Source of the DNA: Promethearchaeota archaeon
GTDB lineage: Archaea; Asgardarchaeota; Lokiarchaeia; Sigyniarchaeales; SOKP01
DNA: 10,223 nt
NCBI GenBank assembly: GCA_016926735.1
Contig: JAFGOA010000129.1
Coordinates: 1-10,223 of the forward strand
Reading direction: 5' to 3'
Under the pieces are notes generated by a model, which worked only from the letters and a program-made list of their open reading frames with translations, was not told where the DNA came from and made no database searches. The stretch's first letter is position 1. Each line of letters opens with the position of its first letter. Shown here in pieces: positions 7,916 to 10,223 of the stretch. The position numbers were made by a program, and so were the translations under genes.

Positions 7916-8680
7916 TTAAATATTATAGCTACTCTGTTTGGTTTCAAGAGGTTTTCCAACGAAATCTGGAAGAATATTTCCAAAAAATTTATGAGAAAAG
8001 ATCATAAACACTGCTAGATTCGCTTTTCTTACCGCACCAATCCAATAATTTTTAGCCCTAATAAGGGTTTCGTCAATTTTACCTGCATTTAATTCTTTTG
8101 CGAGTCTATCTATAAAAGTAAAAAACATTGCACTAAAAGATTCAAATGAATTCTTTGAAATATCTTTAGGGATATCATGTGCAATAAATTTATCATTTTC
8201 TAAATCGTAAACTACTAATCCTAAAATATCTTTGTCTGAAGCAGCTCTTACAAAAAATTCGGAAATAAAATCTCGTTGACTCATAGCTAATAAATTATAA
8301 AAATCAGAAGTGATTTTATCATACTCATCATCAAAATCTGAATAACAATTTATATTTATACTATTATCATCGATAAACTTAATTGAATATTTATCAATAA
8401 ATGCACTACCCAACTTTTCTGCGATAATTCGATATACTCTATTTTCTACCTCATCAATTGCTTCTGCTACAATAATCGAATAAATAGGACCTTTAAAAGC
8501 ATAGAAAAATGTCATTTTATCCATATCAATTTTATCGATACATGCATTCTCCATACCTTGAGCAAAGCTTTGTATCGCACTAAGAAAACAGCTTACTAAA
8601 GTCTCATCAAAGACTTTTTCTATTGTTTTTGTATATAAAGGAACTCCAGCACTATTTAATATTAAAAATGATTTTATCAT
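7916..8680 (-). CDS. Longin-like + roadblock/LC7-like two-domain protein
   Basis: Residues ~1-125 show the Asgard longin pattern MIKSFLILNSAGVPLY...DETLVSCFLSAIQSFA...IDKIDM...F...Y...YSDFD. Residues ~135-245 follow a roadblock-like helix, 2 strands, helix, 3 strands order (DILGLVVYD...FSAMF...AKELNAGKIDETLIRAKNYWIGAVRKANLAVFMIF). SD AAGGAGG upstream. Confidence 0.7.
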   Translation of the reverse strand: MIKSFLILNSAGVPLYTKTIEKVFDETLVSCFLSAIQSFAQGMENACIDKIDMDKMTFFYAFKGPIYSIIVAEAIDEVENRVYRIIAEKLGSAFIDKYSIKFIDDNSININCYSDFDDEYDKITSDFYNLLAMSQRDFISEFFVRAASDKDILGLVVYDLENDKFIAHDIPKDISKNSFESFSAMFFTFIDRLAKELNAGKIDETLIRAKNYWIGAVRKANLAVFMIFSHKFFGNILPDFVGKPLETKQSSYNI

Positions 8681-8706
8681 AAACCTTATCCTCCTTTAAA
8701 TAATTG

Positions 8707-9285
8707 TTATTGCTCTTGTTTTTCAAATTTTAATACGGTAGATGTTCCAAGTGGATTAATTTTACTATAATCAATCACGGGATTTTTATCATTGTATACA
8801 AAAGAACTAGCTGCTGCAATAATCATTGCCATTGGACATATTCCTTTAGCATCTAATCCCATAATCTCATGTATAGGATCACACATACTACAATGAGGTA
8901 TATTAATAACAAAATGATCTTCGTTAATTTCTACTAGATGAGCATCTTTAGCTATTCGTGTTAATGTAAGTACATCTATCCATTTTTCCATTGCTTCTTT
9001 AGGAGTAGAAGCATTAACTACAGCATCAATTAATTCATTTTCACCTTTTAATTGTTTAATTGTCTCAATAATTTTAGGAAATACATGAGATTTATATCCT
9101 CTTGGACCAATTAATTCAATTAAAGCTGTCTCATAACCAAATAATGTTGCATGTAATGTCGATAGAACTTTCATCATTAAAGGATGAGGCATCATTTTCA
9201 ATACATATATAACGAATAGGATAAAAACTATTGATATTATAATTAAAGCTGTTAAAATCAAATAAAAAAATATTTCGCTAACCAT
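8707..9285 (-). CDS. Single-pass membrane protein with a V4R/MetOD1-like (H-NOX/Bet3-fold-related) Cys-containing domain
   Basis: N-terminal hydrophobic helix (IFFYLILTALIIISIVFILFVIYVL), a helical region, then strand-strand-CSMCDPIH...ICPMAMIIAAA helix and a terminal hairpin, as in V4R-like domains. GAGG just upstream of the ATG. The CDS is solid, but the domain call is made by eye. Confidence 0.6.
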   Translation of the reverse strand: MVSEIFFYLILTALIIISIVFILFVIYVLKMMPHPLMMKVLSTLHATLFGYETALIELIGPRGYKSHVFPKIIETIKQLKGENELIDAVVNASTPKEAMEKWIDVLTLTRIAKDAHLVEINEDHFVINIPHCSMCDPIHEIMGLDAKGICPMAMIIAAASSFVYNDKNPVIDYSKINPLGTSTVLKFEKQEQ

Positions 9286-9480
9286 TTTCCTCTATCACTT
9301 TTTTTATATATAGTATTAATATCTAATTTCAAATATAAATAATAATCTATCAAAAGTTGCAAAATTAAACTTTCACAGAAAAAGAATATAAAACATACCT
9401 TTAGTTGATAAAAGCTATTAAATTATTTTTTGAAATGGATAATCTTTATCTTTTATCACTCAAGAAGACCCCTTCCTTTA

Positions 9481-10223
9481 CAGTACCGAGTATTTTTTTT
9501 TAAATCATTTTTTTTGAAATGTTTAAATCTTCCCATAACTTCGTAATTTCATGATACAACAAAGAAAATGGTCAAAAAAAAGGAGAGTTTCAGAAATCCT
9601 TGCAAGAAAGAATTCCAAATATGATACCCTTCGTAAAAGATTTTTATCTCTTAATCTTTTTAATAAACTTCCCGCGTTTACTACTCGAAAATATCATTCA
9701 AAAGAATATCAAGCAGTATTTGAATATGCTTCACTTGAGCAGATCAGTATTAAACAAGCATGTTTGATAGAAAGATCCAGAGGAAGGAAATGTCCCTCCC
9801 CTGAACAAGTAATGAAATGTTGCCGAAAGATTACCTCAGAAAGAATGACAAAATTTGTCAATCTTGCATTAAAGGCTCAATTTAATGCACTTCCAAAAAG
9901 TATCCAGCAACAATTTAAAAAATCGGGGATTCTTATTATAGATTTCCATCAAGATTGTTACTATGGTGATAGTGGCAATCCATATGTGAGAATAGGCAAA
10001 GCAAAGAAAAGTACGAACCTCTTTTATGAATATATCACGGCAGATCTCTATTGTAAACATGGATGTTTTACAATATCCTTTTTTCATCGTCCTTCATGTG
10101 TAAAAATTGTATCCCTCGTAGAAAAAGTACAATATCATGTTAAAACGGTAATTTCACCGAAGATTGTTCTATTTGATGGGGAATTTGCAGTAATTGATGT
10201 GCTAAATTTACTCAAACATGAAG
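9481..10223 (+). mobile_element. ISH3-family-like insertion sequence, left part
   Basis: Begins CAGTACCGAGTA at 9481, matching the CAGT-type terminus of ISH3-family elements, 70 nt upstream of a DDE transposase ORF. The right end is outside the window. Confidence 0.7.
9551..10223 (+). CDS. DDE transposase (ISH3/IS4-like), 3' truncated by the window edge; not in the ORF track
   Basis: Manual translation from ATG 9551 is open to the end (224 codons): MIQQRKWSKKRRVSEILARK...CPSPEQVMKC...GILIIDFHQDCYYGD...GKAKKSTNLFYEYITA...PKIVLFDGEFAVIDVLNLLKHE. First catalytic D at 9941 and second D at 10175. Confidence 0.85.
   Translation, partial: MIQQRKWSKKRRVSEILARKNSKYDTLRKRFLSLNLFNKLPAFTTRKYHSKEYQAVFEYASLEQISIKQACLIERSRGRKCPSPEQVMKCCRKITSERMTKFVNLALKAQFNALPKSIQQQFKKSGILIIDFHQDCYYGDSGNPYVRIGKAKKSTNLFYEYITADLYCKHGCFTISFFHRPSCVKIVSLVEKVQYHVKTVISPKIVLFDGEFAVIDVLNLLKHE

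Noticed and set aside
34-9468. Direct repeat TCACTCAAGA(G/A)GA at 34-46 and 9456-9468 as att sites bounding an integrated element
   Set aside because: A 10-bp exact match is expected by chance in 10 kb, and there is no integrase or tRNA in the window.
9869-10087. 72-aa minus-strand ORF
   Set aside because: Antisense to the transposase ORF starting at 9551.
1-10223. CRISPR array, tRNA or rRNA genes
   Set aside because: No regularly spaced repeats, and no GC-rich cloverleaf or rRNA-like segments were seen in any intergenic region.

Overview
Very AT-rich archaeal DNA, most consistent with an Asgard archaeon (Lokiarchaeia-like). This assignment is inferred from GGTGA/GGAGG-type Shine-Dalgarno motifs, a longin+roadblock protein, a V4R-like protein and an ISH3-type transposase. 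From left to right the window has a possible IS right end (1-86), a flavodoxin/ferredoxin fusion (EFR1-like), an SDR oxidoreductase, a TetR regulator and a GH57 branching enzyme. Next is a membrane-embedded winged-HTH regulator divergent from an ABC-2 exporter, with a tandem palindromic operator between them; the ATPase lacks a canonical start codon upstream of its Walker A. Then comes a two-gene minus-strand operon encoding a membrane-anchored V4R/Bet3-fold-like protein and a longin-roadblock fusion. The window ends in an ISH3-like IS (left end at 9481) whose transposase runs off the edge and is missing from the ORF track. All family calls come from motifs read by eye, not from database searches.
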